Below, in pieces: positions 18,511 through 28,053 of a stretch of 64,000 nt of DNA. The DNA comes from an uncultured virus (IMG/VR IMGVR_UViG_3300029319_000021) (Duplodnaviria; Heunggongvirae; Uroviricota; Caudoviricetes). The stretch lies in IMG/VR virus record IMGVR_UViG_3300029319_000021. One strand, given 5' to 3'. How positions within the stretch are numbered: the stretch's first letter is position 1; each line of letters starts with the position of its first letter. The notes beneath the pieces were generated by a model that was not told the origin of the DNA, searched no databases, and worked only from the letters and a program-made list of their open reading frames with translations. The translations under genes and the position numbers were made by a program.

Positions 18511-19341
18511 ATGAATCAAAATTATTATTTTATGGCAGGACTTCCACGTGCTGGAAGCACCTTACTGAAAAGTATTATAGATCAGAATCCAAATGTTCAT
18601 ACTGAACCAGTGAGTCCAGTGATGGAATTAATGTATCATACAGAAGAATATTTTAAACAGAGTGAACAGTACATAGGATATCCAAAACCAGAAAATGCAT
18701 ATAAAATTATTCGTAGTTATATTGAAAATTATTATTATAATGTAGATAAACCAGTAATCATAGATCATAATCGTGCATGGCCAAATAATATAGAAAGAAT
18801 CAAGGCATATATAACTCCGAATCCTAAAATTATTTGTCCCGTAAGAGATGTATTAGAAGTACTCACATCTTTTATTACAATGATACATCGTAATTCAGAT
18901 GAAGTTTCATTTGTAGATGAGTATTTGATTGAGAAAGGATTTACTGTTGATGATGATAATAGGTGTCAGTATTTAATGGGTGATGATGGTATTGTGGATC
19001 AGGCACTCTGGGCACAGTCACAAGCTTTTCTTAGAAATGATACTAAAAATTTATTAATGGTTGAATATAATGACATAGTTGATCAACCTGATGAGACGAT
19101 GAGAAGAATATATGATTTCTTAGAGGTAGATTATTACAAACATGATTTTAATAATGTGACAAATAATCACCGTGAGAGCGAAAAACAGTGGAATTTAAAG
19201 GACATGCACCATGTTCGTAAACAAGTTAAGAGGATTTCTAAAAGACCTGAAGATGTTTTATCTCCTCGTATTCTAAATAAATATAAGAAGCTGGAATATT
19301 GGAAGTATCCAGACAGTCTTTATTTAGAACAATATGGCTAA
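18511..19341 (+). CDS. PAPS-dependent sulfotransferase family protein
   Basis: N-terminal GLPRAGSTLL PAPS-binding loop; KIICPVRD and VEYNDIV..P motifs. Confidence 0.85.
   Translation: MNQNYYFMAGLPRAGSTLLKSIIDQNPNVHTEPVSPVMELMYHTEEYFKQSEQYIGYPKPENAYKIIRSYIENYYYNVDKPVIIDHNRAWPNNIERIKAYITPNPKIICPVRDVLEVLTSFITMIHRNSDEVSFVDEYLIEKGFTVDDDNRCQYLMGDDGIVDQALWAQSQAFLRNDTKNLLMVEYNDIVDQPDETMRRIYDFLEVDYYKHDFNNVTNNHRESEKQWNLKDMHHVRKQVKRISKRPEDVLSPRILNKYKKLEYWKYPDSLYLEQYG
19273..19283 (+). promoter_or_regulatory. T4-type late promoter candidate for propeller B
   Basis: CTAAATAAATA ~50 nt upstream of ATG 19334, inside the sulfotransferase 3' end. Confidence 0.45.
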
Positions 19342-22300
19342 AGAACAAAGAGGTGGAGTATTTACATTAGGAGATGTAGGAGAACTACAGGAGACTGGTT
19401 CTTGGAATACGGCATCGGATGTATGGTTAATTGGATCACCAGTATTAGTAAAAGAAAGTTCGTTTGGATATCATGCTGGTGGAAGTGCTGGATTAGCACC
19501 ATTATCAAACCTAGATCGTATTGATTATTCTAATGATACATCAATAGCAGCAGCAAGAGGTCCATTGACTGGACAGAGATATTATCCTGCTGGAAATAGT
19601 AGCAGTGCTCATGCCTACTTTGCTGGTGGTGCAGCACCTGGTGAAGTATCATCAATGAATAGAATAGATTATAGTAATGATACATCAGGAGTAACAGTCA
19701 AAGGAACAATGACTGTAGCGAGGGACAAGTTTGCTGGAGCAGGTAATGTTAATTTTGGATACTTTGCAGGTGGTGCTCCTGGTCCATTATCAACAGTAGA
19801 CAGAATGGAGTATGCTAATGATACTGCGACAGCAACACCAAAAGGTTCATTAAGTACACCTGCAACTCATGTAACAGGAACAGGTAATCAGTCTAATGCA
19901 TATTTTGGTTCATTTGCTACTAAATCAACAATAAATCGTCTTGATTATTCAAGTGATTCAACTGCATGTGTGACGAAGGGACCATTAACTCTTGCTCTAT
20001 TTGGAGCAGCATCAGCAACTAATGGTAATTTATATGGATATTTTGCAGGTGGAACTGGTAATCCTCCAAATTATTCAACAGTAAATAGAATTGATTATAG
20101 TAATGACACAGTAACAGCATCAGCAAAAGGTCCATTAAGTGTCATTCGTGCAAGATTTTCTGCAGTAAGTAATGATAAATATGGATGGTTTCTTGGTGGA
20201 GTTGAAGGTCCTTATCCCTATCTTTCAAGTGTAGATAGAATAGATTTCTCTAACGATACCGCAACAGCATCAGTAAGAGGACCACTAAGTGGTGGTACTG
20301 GTGGTAGGCATTCAACAGGAGCAGCGAGTGCTTCATCTAATGCACTATCAGTAGGACTACAAGGTGTCGCATCAAATACGGGAGTTAATAGAGTACCCGT
20401 CGGATTTGATTATGGATATGCTGCAGCTGGTAGTGTTTCTAATCCTTATGTAACTTATTCTACTGTAGACAGAGTAGATTTTTCAAATGATACACCAACT
20501 ATGTCAATAAGAGGACCATTAAGTGCTGGTAGATATAAACATACAGCAGTGAGTAGTCTTACTCATGGATATCTTCTTGGTGGTTCTCCTGCTCCTAATG
20601 GTGTAGGAACTGTCAATGATAGAATTGATTATAGTAATGATAGTGCAACATCAATAACAAGAGGTAGTTTGGTTGCGAACAAATCTGATTCAGCAGCAGC
20701 AGGCACTACTGATTTTGGATATATGGCTGGTGGAATATCATATTCTGCTGTACAAAGAATTGAATACGCAACTGATAATGCACTTGCAGTAATAAGAGGT
20801 CCATTAACTGCTGCTAACAGATATCTTGGATCAGTGGGCAATCAAAATTATGGATATTTTATGGGTGGACAACCTGCTCCTGGTCCGTTCACCACTGTAC
20901 AAAGAATTGATTACACTAACGATACTCCAACAGCAGTAGTAAAAGGTCCATTGGCGGTAGAGATACAACAACAGGGAGGAACAGGTAATGGTGATTTTGG
21001 ATATGTGACTGGTGGATACAATGCTATTCCTGGTAGTAATAATTGGGTGACAACAGTACAAAGAATTGATTACACTAACGATACAGCAACAGCATCACCA
21101 AAAGGTACATTGAGTGTTGGTAGATCTACAAAAAGCACAGGTAATACTTCTTATGGATGGAGTCTTGGTGGTAATAGTAGTAATTCTACTCCAGGAATGC
21201 TCACGACAGTAGATAGAATAGATTTTTCTAACGATACCGCAACAGCATCAGTAAGAGGTTCATTAAGTCAAGCAAGAAATAAAAATCTTGGAGCACTAAG
21301 TTCCAGAGAAAATAATCTTCCAACTGAAAGACTTTATTCAACTACTATTTCTAATATTGGAAATGAAGAAGTAAGTGGAACTAAGAATGCTACAGAAGGA
21401 CGTGGATATGTATTGGGTGGATATTATCCTACTTCTAGTCCTTCAACTGCTGTTTCAACTGTGCAACGTATTGATTTTACGAATGATACAGCAACAGCAG
21501 CAGCAAAAGGTCCATTAAGTGGTAATAAAAGTAATGTAGCAGGAAATATAAGTAATCAAGATTATGGATATGTTGTTGGTGGTTATAATGGAATGTCTAC
21601 AGTAGATAGAACTGATTTTGCGAATGATACTGCAGCAGCAGTAGCAAAAGGACCATTAACTTATGAAATATATGCAGCAGGAGGATTTTCTAATGCTAAT
21701 TATGGATATCAACTTGGTGGTTCTCCTGGTGCTGGAGGTTCTTCAAAAGTATCACGTATTGATTTTTCTAATGATGGAGCAGATGCTTTAGTAAGGGGAT
21801 CTATAACTGGTAATCCTGGTTCATATTTTAATGGTGGAGCAGGTAATCAGTATTATGGATATATTTCTGTTGGAACTAGCAAGTCATTAGTAGATAGAAT
21901 TGATTATAGTAGTGATACAGCAAATACGACACCAAAAGGACCATTAACTCAGGAAAAATATGCTAGAGCTGGTGTCAGTAATGAAGATTATGCATGGTTT
22001 GGTGGTGGTACTCCTGGTCCTATTTCAGTAATAGATAGAGTTGATTTTGCGAATGATACAGCAGTAGGACAAGCAAGAAGTCAATTAAGTGTTGCTAGAT
22101 TTTATGCTGCAGGAGCAAGTAGTCCTGATTTTGGATATTTCATAGGTGGAGCACCTGGTGGATGGGGAAGTACTCAAGGATCAACAGTAGATAGACTTGA
22201 TTATTCTAATGATACTGCAGCATCATCACCTAAAGGTCCATTATCTGCAGGTCAAGGTTATTGTGCAGGTAGTGGTACTCAATCAAATGCACTACCAATA

Positions 22301-25114
22301 CAAAGATTTACAATAAGCACTCCATTTGCCTTCGGAGAAAATACAGTATCCTATCCTTATGGTTATGGATATATTGCTGGAGGACCAGGAGAGACTCCAA
22401 ATTACACAACCATACAAAGAATTGATTTCTCTAATGATATGGTACATTCATCATCAAGAGGAAATTTGATTACTGCTGGACATAAACAGGCAGGAGTAAG
22501 TAGTAAAACTCATGGTTATGTTTGTGGTGGCGGTGGATCTAACCCTAATAGTTCACAGGTAGTAAGAATTGATTATAATAATGATACTGCAGTAGCATCA
22601 GCAAGAGGTAATATGACTACTGCTCTACGTTCAAGAACAGGTGTACATAATAGTGATTATGGATATGTTGCAGGTGGTTTTAATCCTGAATCATCATTAA
22701 TTGATAGAATTGATTTCTCTAGTGATACATCAACAGCATTAGCAAGAGGACCATTAGCAGCTGCCAGATATGAGCAAGGTGGAGCAGGTAATGATGATTA
22801 TGCATATTATGCAGGAGGAGGTCCCTCACCAAGAGTATCAACGGTGCAGCGTCTTGATTATGCAAGTGATACTGCAGTAACAACAGCAAAAGGTCCTATA
22901 ACTAATTCTGTTGATTATCTAAGAGGTACTAGTAATGGTGTTTATGGATACATAGCTGGTGGTTATTCTCCCGACAAGTCCACTGTAGATCGTATTGATT
23001 TTAATAATGATACGGCAACGGCATCTACTAAAGGTCCTTTAGCAGCTGCTGCATGGGGAATGGGATCAACAGGGACACGATCTTTTGGATATTATGCAGG
23101 AGGAGATCCAGGTGGAACTGGATCAACAGTAAGTAGAATAGATTATAGTAATGATACTGCAGTAGCATCAGCAAGAGCAAAATTGAGCCTTCAAACTGGT
23201 AAAGTAAATGGTGTAAGTTCTCAAGCAAATGGACTTCCAGGATTTAATTTCTCACAAGGAACTGTTGGTACTTATAGTGCTGGATACTTAGGGGGAGGAA
23301 TAAAAAATCCTGGTTATACTAGAATATCAAACATAGAAAGAATAGATTATGCTAATGACACAGCAAATACATTATCAAGAGGTCCATTAACTGCTATTAG
23401 AGGTTATTCAGCAGCAGCAAGTAGTCCTTCTCATGCATATTGGATGGCTGGTAATACTCCTTCTAAATTGTCATCAGTAGATAGAATTGATTATGCTAAT
23501 GATACAGCAACAGCATCAGAAAGAGGTCCATTAAATGCTGCAGGTTATAGACATGCTGCAGTATCTAATCTTAATTTTGGATATAAAGGTGGTGGATCTT
23601 TTCCTAGTACTGTTTCAACAGTAGAGAGAATTGATTTTGGTAATGATACTGTAACAGCATCAGCAAAAGGTCCATTGACTGCTGCTACCTATCTTCTTTC
23701 TGCAGCAGGTAATAATTCTTATGGATACTTTGCTGGTGGTTCTCCTCCTACAGGACATTCAAGAGTATACAGACTTGATTATTCTACTGATAGTACTGCA
23801 TGTGTAGAAAAAGGTAATTTGAGTCAAGGTAGAAGAAAACTTGAAGCACAAGGTAATGAAGATTTTGGATATGTTGCTGGTGGTACTCATCCTAGTGGTG
23901 ACTTTTCAATAGTAGATAGAATTACTTATGCGAATGACACAGCAACAGCATCACCAAAAGGTCCGTTAAGTAAAACTAGAGATGCTTTCCTATCAACAGG
24001 AAATAGTTCTCATGGATATTTTGCTGCTGATGAATATTCAGTTACATCAATAGATCGTGTTGATTATAGTAACGATACTGCAACAGCATCACCAAAAGGT
24101 AATTTGAGTTTTGCTTTTGGATATGGGGGTGGATGTAGTTCCAGAGCAAATGCACTACCAATAATCGGAAGCACAGTTTCTGAGTTCACTAATATTGTCA
24201 CTCGACAATACTATCCATCATCACAACGTGGATATTTTACTGGTCTTAGTTCTGGTGATTCTTCAATAATCAATAGAATTGAATTTGCAAATGATACTGC
24301 AAGAGCAACATTAAGAGGTTTTAATACTGTTGAAACACAATGGTCAGGAGCAACAGGTAATGTTGATTATGGATATGTTTCTGGTGGAGGACAACCTAGT
24401 CCAATATATTCTACAACAAGTAGAATTGACTATAGTAATGACACTGCAAACGCAGTCGCAAAAGGTCCATTAGCTACTGCTAGAAAATGGTTGGCAGCAG
24501 CAGGTAATAAAGATTACGGATACTGGGCTGGTGGTAATACAGGTAGTGACGTATCAACAGTCGATAGACTTGATTTTGGTAATGATACTGCGACGGCAGT
24601 AGCAAAAGGATTCTTAAGTTCTGCTAAGAGATGGCCGATGGCAGCAGGTAATGCCAATTTTGGATATATTGCAGGTGGTGAAACTCCTGTTACAACAGTA
24701 ATAGATCGAATTACTTATGCTAATGATACACCAACAGCAACACAAAGAGGTAATTTAAATACTAGTAGATATGGAGGAGCAGGAACAGGTAATAGTGAGT
24801 TTGGATACTTTGCTGGTGGTCATCCTAGTCCTGCCAAATCAATTATACAACGTGTTGACTATTCTAATGATACAGCAACAGCATTAGCAAGAGGTCCATT
24901 AAGTGCTGGTAGACATTACCTTGGAGCAACAGGTAATATTGATTTTGGATACTTTGCTGGTAGTGGACCTAGTCCATTAGTATCATCAATAGATAGACTT
25001 GATTATTCTAATGATACAGCAACGGCATCACCCAAAGGTAATTTAACCCAAACAGGTGATGGTTTGGTAGGATGGTCTGGTGGAATGAATGGACTTCCCC
25101 AATTTGGTGGATAA
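19334..25114 (+). CDS. Giant Kelch-like beta-propeller repeat protein B (paralog of 8645..14434)
   Basis: Same six-domain RIDYSNDT architecture, same linkers, same C-terminus NGLPQFGG. Confidence 0.85.
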   Translation: MAKEQRGGVFTLGDVGELQETGSWNTASDVWLIGSPVLVKESSFGYHAGGSAGLAPLSNLDRIDYSNDTSIAAARGPLTGQRYYPAGNSSSAHAYFAGGAAPGEVSSMNRIDYSNDTSGVTVKGTMTVARDKFAGAGNVNFGYFAGGAPGPLSTVDRMEYANDTATATPKGSLSTPATHVTGTGNQSNAYFGSFATKSTINRLDYSSDSTACVTKGPLTLALFGAASATNGNLYGYFAGGTGNPPNYSTVNRIDYSNDTVTASAKGPLSVIRARFSAVSNDKYGWFLGGVEGPYPYLSSVDRIDFSNDTATASVRGPLSGGTGGRHSTGAASASSNALSVGLQGVASNTGVNRVPVGFDYGYAAAGSVSNPYVTYSTVDRVDFSNDTPTMSIRGPLSAGRYKHTAVSSLTHGYLLGGSPAPNGVGTVNDRIDYSNDSATSITRGSLVANKSDSAAAGTTDFGYMAGGISYSAVQRIEYATDNALAVIRGPLTAANRYLGSVGNQNYGYFMGGQPAPGPFTTVQRIDYTNDTPTAVVKGPLAVEIQQQGGTGNGDFGYVTGGYNAIPGSNNWVTTVQRIDYTNDTATASPKGTLSVGRSTKSTGNTSYGWSLGGNSSNSTPGMLTTVDRIDFSNDTATASVRGSLSQARNKNLGALSSRENNLPTERLYSTTISNIGNEEVSGTKNATEGRGYVLGGYYPTSSPSTAVSTVQRIDFTNDTATAAAKGPLSGNKSNVAGNISNQDYGYVVGGYNGMSTVDRTDFANDTAAAVAKGPLTYEIYAAGGFSNANYGYQLGGSPGAGGSSKVSRIDFSNDGADALVRGSITGNPGSYFNGGAGNQYYGYISVGTSKSLVDRIDYSSDTANTTPKGPLTQEKYARAGVSNEDYAWFGGGTPGPISVIDRVDFANDTAVGQARSQLSVARFYAAGASSPDFGYFIGGAPGGWGSTQGSTVDRLDYSNDTAASSPKGPLSAGQGYCAGSGTQSNALPIQRFTISTPFAFGENTVSYPYGYGYIAGGPGETPNYTTIQRIDFSNDMVHSSSRGNLITAGHKQAGVSSKTHGYVCGGGGSNPNSSQVVRIDYNNDTAVASARGNMTTALRSRTGVHNSDYGYVAGGFNPESSLIDRIDFSSDTSTALARGPLAAARYEQGGAGNDDYAYYAGGGPSPRVSTVQRLDYASDTAVTTAKGPITNSVDYLRGTSNGVYGYIAGGYSPDKSTVDRIDFNNDTATASTKGPLAAAAWGMGSTGTRSFGYYAGGDPGGTGSTVSRIDYSNDTAVASARAKLSLQTGKVNGVSSQANGLPGFNFSQGTVGTYSAGYLGGGIKNPGYTRISNIERIDYANDTANTLSRGPLTAIRGYSAAASSPSHAYWMAGNTPSKLSSVDRIDYANDTATASERGPLNAAGYRHAAVSNLNFGYKGGGSFPSTVSTVERIDFGNDTVTASAKGPLTAATYLLSAAGNNSYGYFAGGSPPTGHSRVYRLDYSTDSTACVEKGNLSQGRRKLEAQGNEDFGYVAGGTHPSGDFSIVDRITYANDTATASPKGPLSKTRDAFLSTGNSSHGYFAADEYSVTSIDRVDYSNDTATASPKGNLSFAFGYGGGCSSRANALPIIGSTVSEFTNIVTRQYYPSSQRGYFTGLSSGDSSIINRIEFANDTARATLRGFNTVETQWSGATGNVDYGYVSGGGQPSPIYSTTSRIDYSNDTANAVAKGPLATARKWLAAAGNKDYGYWAGGNTGSDVSTVDRLDFGNDTATAVAKGFLSSAKRWPMAAGNANFGYIAGGETPVTTVIDRITYANDTPTATQRGNLNTSRYGGAGTGNSEFGYFAGGHPSPAKSIIQRVDYSNDTATALARGPLSAGRHYLGATGNIDFGYFAGSGPSPLVSSIDRLDYSNDTATASPKGNLTQTGDGLVGWSGGMNGLPQFGG

Positions 25115-25116
25115 TG

Positions 25117-25125
25117 TGCTATAAT
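25117..25125 (+). promoter_or_regulatory. Extended -10 (TGnTATAAT) promoter candidate
   Basis: Part of a 38-nt block identical to 14408-14445. Confidence 0.5.
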
Positions 25126-25146
25126 TATTAAAGGTGTAATTTTATT

Positions 25147-25809
25147 ATGATAGACAACCCATTAACTTATATTTTAATCAGAAGGAATGTAATAAATTCT
25201 GAGGGTATAAAGGAAATAGTTAATCATATTGAGTCTTCACCAGCAGAAGACTTATCTGTTTTTGATTCGGAGAAAACGAATAAAACAGGTCAGACATCAT
25301 GGAGAGTTGATAAAGAAACTAGAGATACACAGATTGTTGATGCTGGACCTTTGTTTCCAAAAATAGAACAACTATATCATGATATGGTCAGAGAGATTGT
25401 TAATCCTTTCTTTCAGTGTCAGGTAGATAGTAGTGAAGTTCCACAGATACTTTCTTATGGAGTAGGAGGACACTATAAGCCTCACATTGATGGTGAAAGT
25501 ATATGGGTGACACCAAAAGGAGAACATATTTGGAAGAAATCTACTGATAGGGATTTATCTTTTGTTCTTTATCTGAATGATAATTTTGAGGGTGGTGATT
25601 TTATATTTCCAGATCATGCGATTAGAGTAAGACCAGAACCAGGAATGCTAGTTGCCTTTCCTTCTACTCATTTTTATAAGCACGGTGTCGAACCAGTGAC
25701 AAAAGGTAAAAGATATTCTATAGTATGTTGGGCTACTGTAAAGGGTGCTCCATCTATGAAAGAAATAAATGATAATCTATCAAAACAATATGGTGTTCCT
25801 GTGATTTAA
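25147..25809 (+). CDS. 2OG-Fe(II) oxygenase, prolyl 4-hydroxylase-like
   Basis: YKPHID, LSFVLYLND.FEGG, HGVEPVTKGKRYSIV (HxD...H...R). Confidence 0.9.
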   Translation: MIDNPLTYILIRRNVINSEGIKEIVNHIESSPAEDLSVFDSEKTNKTGQTSWRVDKETRDTQIVDAGPLFPKIEQLYHDMVREIVNPFFQCQVDSSEVPQILSYGVGGHYKPHIDGESIWVTPKGEHIWKKSTDRDLSFVLYLNDNFEGGDFIFPDHAIRVRPEPGMLVAFPSTHFYKHGVEPVTKGKRYSIVCWATVKGAPSMKEINDNLSKQYGVPVI

Positions 25810-25812
25810 ATT

Positions 25813-27228
25813 ATGGCAAACATTTTGGGATTGCAGTTCGGGCACGATGGTTCAGTCTGTCTTGTCAAGGACGGTAAGTTGGAGGCATCTGTAGCAACAG
25901 AAAGAATTACAAGAAAGAAAAAAGATCAGGCATTTACTGATGAAGTAATAGATTATGTTTTACAACAATGTAATTTAACATTCGATGATGTAGATTGTGT
26001 TGCGACTAATGATTTCAAGCAAGAAGTTTTTGGCAACAAATATCTCATAGAAGATATGCCTATGAGAGGGAAGAAAGTAAAGAGTTATATTATTCCTCAT
26101 CATCTGGCACATTGTGCTTCGGTATATTATACAAGTTCATTCGATGATGCTTATTGCTTCAGTATGGATTGTAGTATGGGAAAACCAGAGGCAAATTCAT
26201 TAGTTGCCTATGGAAAAGGTAAGAAGTTGATGGCAGAATACTGCCCTAACAGAATGGAAGGAGTATTATATGGTGAGGTGACAGAGAAATTAGGATTAGG
26301 TCCAGCACTTCATAAGGCAGGAACTACAATGGGTCTAGCATCTTACGGAAAACCATTTGAGTTTGATTGGCAATCATATACAGATGAGATTAAACATAAG
26401 ATGGATGTTGCTGCAACAGTTCAGAAAGTATTAGAACAGGTTTCTCTACAAGTTATTGAGGACATGGATAATAAGACAGACAATCTTTGTCTGTCTGGTG
26501 GATCATTTTTGAATTGTAATGCGAATGCAAGAATAGTAAAGGAATCTAAGTTCAAGAATTTTCATATCTATCCTGCCTGTGGTGATGATGGAACTTCTGT
26601 GGGTTCAGCACTCTATGTGTCACATCATATCTTTGGTGAACCAAGACATGATTATGAACAGAAAGATCTTTGTTATACTGGAAAGGATTATCAGGTACAG
26701 GAACCAGATTATGAATTGTTGGCACAAGAACTTGCCAATGGAAAGATTATAGGATGGTTCCAAGGTAGATCTGAGTTCGGACCAAGAGCACTAGGTAATC
26801 GTTCTATACTTGCTGACCCTCGAAATCCACACACCAGAGATATTATTAATCATGTGGTCAAGAAAAGAGAATGGTTCCGTCCATTTGCTCCTGTAGTATT
26901 GGAAGAATATTATAAAGACTGGTTTGATTTCCCCATACCTAGTCCTTATATGCTCTATACGGCACCAGTAAAACAAGCAGATAAAATACCTGCTGTGACT
27001 CATGTAGATGGATCTGCAAGGTTCCAGACCATCAATGAGAAGACGAATCCAAACTACTATAGATTACTCAAAGCATTCTATAAATTAACTGGTGTTCCTG
27101 TGCTATTAAATACCAGTCTGAATGGAAATGGAGAACCAATATTAGAAACTCCTGAAGAAGCAATTGAGTTTTTTAATAATTCTCATTTGGATATGATAGT
27201 TGTTAATGGTTGGTCTAAATATAAATAA
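25813..27228 (+). CDS. Carbamoyltransferase (NodU/CmcH/TobZ family)
   Basis: GHDGS, HHLAH, GRSEFGPRALGNRSIL, KKREWFRPFAP, THVDGSAR, LLNTSLN motifs. Confidence 0.92.
   Translation: MANILGLQFGHDGSVCLVKDGKLEASVATERITRKKKDQAFTDEVIDYVLQQCNLTFDDVDCVATNDFKQEVFGNKYLIEDMPMRGKKVKSYIIPHHLAHCASVYYTSSFDDAYCFSMDCSMGKPEANSLVAYGKGKKLMAEYCPNRMEGVLYGEVTEKLGLGPALHKAGTTMGLASYGKPFEFDWQSYTDEIKHKMDVAATVQKVLEQVSLQVIEDMDNKTDNLCLSGGSFLNCNANARIVKESKFKNFHIYPACGDDGTSVGSALYVSHHIFGEPRHDYEQKDLCYTGKDYQVQEPDYELLAQELANGKIIGWFQGRSEFGPRALGNRSILADPRNPHTRDIINHVVKKREWFRPFAPVVLEEYYKDWFDFPIPSPYMLYTAPVKQADKIPAVTHVDGSARFQTINEKTNPNYYRLLKAFYKLTGVPVLLNTSLNGNGEPILETPEEAIEFFNNSHLDMIVVNGWSKYK
27220..27227 (+). promoter_or_regulatory. T4-type late promoter
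   Basis: Exact TATAAATA 20 nt upstream of ATG 27248. Confidence 0.7.
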
Positions 27229-27247
27229 CTAAAAATCGTTTTGGAAA

Positions 27248-27637
27248 ATGACAAAGTACATTAAACATTATTGGAAAAAAGTTTCTGATAGTTCATGGAT
27301 CACCACTGATGGTAGTGTAGTAGAAAAAAGACATCCAGAAGCAGAATATGCTGGACTTGGTGTAAAAATCTGGATGAAGGATAATGGTGGTAGTGGAATT
27401 GATGTATGTCTATCAGAGATTCCTGATTCTACTTCTGCATCAGATATTACTGAAGGTTCTAAGAAAGCAGTTCAGGTACTAACTGAAACTCAGTACAATA
27501 CAGTCAAGACTCCTTACTTTGAGGCACAAACTCTTTGGTCTGAATCACTAGAATTAACAGGTGATGACAAGACTGCAAAAGAGACTGCGGCTACTGCTAA
27601 AGATACAGAAGCACAGAATGCATTAGATGCATTATAA
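27248..27637 (+). CDS. Hypothetical late protein closing the propeller island
   Basis: 129-aa ORF with a late promoter upstream. Confidence 0.7.
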   Translation: MTKYIKHYWKKVSDSSWITTDGSVVEKRHPEAEYAGLGVKIWMKDNGGSGIDVCLSEIPDSTSASDITEGSKKAVQVLTETQYNTVKTPYFEAQTLWSESLELTGDDKTAKETAATAKDTEAQNALDAL

Positions 27638-27639
27638 GC

Positions 27640-27668
27640 TTGACATTTAATTAAATGTCTTTTATAAT
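27640..27668 (+). promoter_or_regulatory. Consensus sigma70 promoter overlapped by an 18-bp palindrome
   Basis: TTGACA-17 nt-TATAAT; GACATTTAATTAAATGTC (27642-27659) is a perfect palindrome. Confidence 0.85.
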
Positions 27669-27674
27669 ATTATC

Positions 27675-27774
27675 ATCTTCAACGTCCTTGTAGTTTTGGG
27701 ATTGAAGTCACACTTCCTTGTGGTGGGGGAAGTGTGTTGGTGAGAAGATAAGGGGAGTTTGACTCCCCTTTTTT
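27675..27774 (+). ncRNA. Candidate small structured RNA (two hairpins plus terminator)
   Basis: Lies between a consensus promoter and an intrinsic terminator; stems 27677-27707 and 27709-27736; no evident ORF. Confidence 0.55.
27751..27774 (+). terminator. Rho-independent terminator
   Basis: AGGGGAGT-ttg-ACTCCCCT followed by a T run. Confidence 0.85.
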
Positions 27775-27789
27775 CTTTTATAAATTATT

Positions 27790-28053
27790 ATGTCAGAAAA
27801 ATTAACAGAAATGAATTTTGCAGTTTACACTAAAGATGGGTGCCCATATTGCGATAAGATAAAACAAGTATTAGAGTTGACAGAAAGTAAGTTTGTAGTA
27901 TATAATTTAAATAAAGATTTTAATAAGGATGCATTTTATGGTGAGTTTGGAAAAGATTCTACTTTTCCACAAGTAGTATGTGAAGGTAAAAAACTAGGAG
28001 GATGTATTGACACAATCAAATACCTCAAAGAACAAAAAATTATCAAAAACTAG
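27790..28053 (+). CDS. Glutaredoxin (NrdC/NrdH-like)
   Basis: CPYC active site, TFPQV, GG motif. Confidence 0.9.
   Translation: MSEKLTEMNFAVYTKDGCPYCDKIKQVLELTESKFVVYNLNKDFNKDAFYGEFGKDSTFPQVVCEGKKLGGCIDTIKYLKEQKIIKN

Noticed and set aside
8645..25114. Regularly spaced DNA repeats resembling a CRISPR array
   Set aside because: Repeats are degenerate, in frame and protein-coding, with codon-position variation; no cas operon
8645..25114. Diversity-generating retroelement (TR/VR pair)
   Set aside because: No reverse transcriptase in the window; both copies are full genes and mismatches include T/C changes rather than adenine-only changes
19334..25114. Second propeller gene as an assembly duplication artefact
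   Set aside because: Blades differ extensively in sequence and loop length, and the flanking genes differ
27675..27750. tRNA gene
   Set aside because: No cloverleaf, TTC-containing T-arm or acceptor stem; kept only as a candidate sRNA
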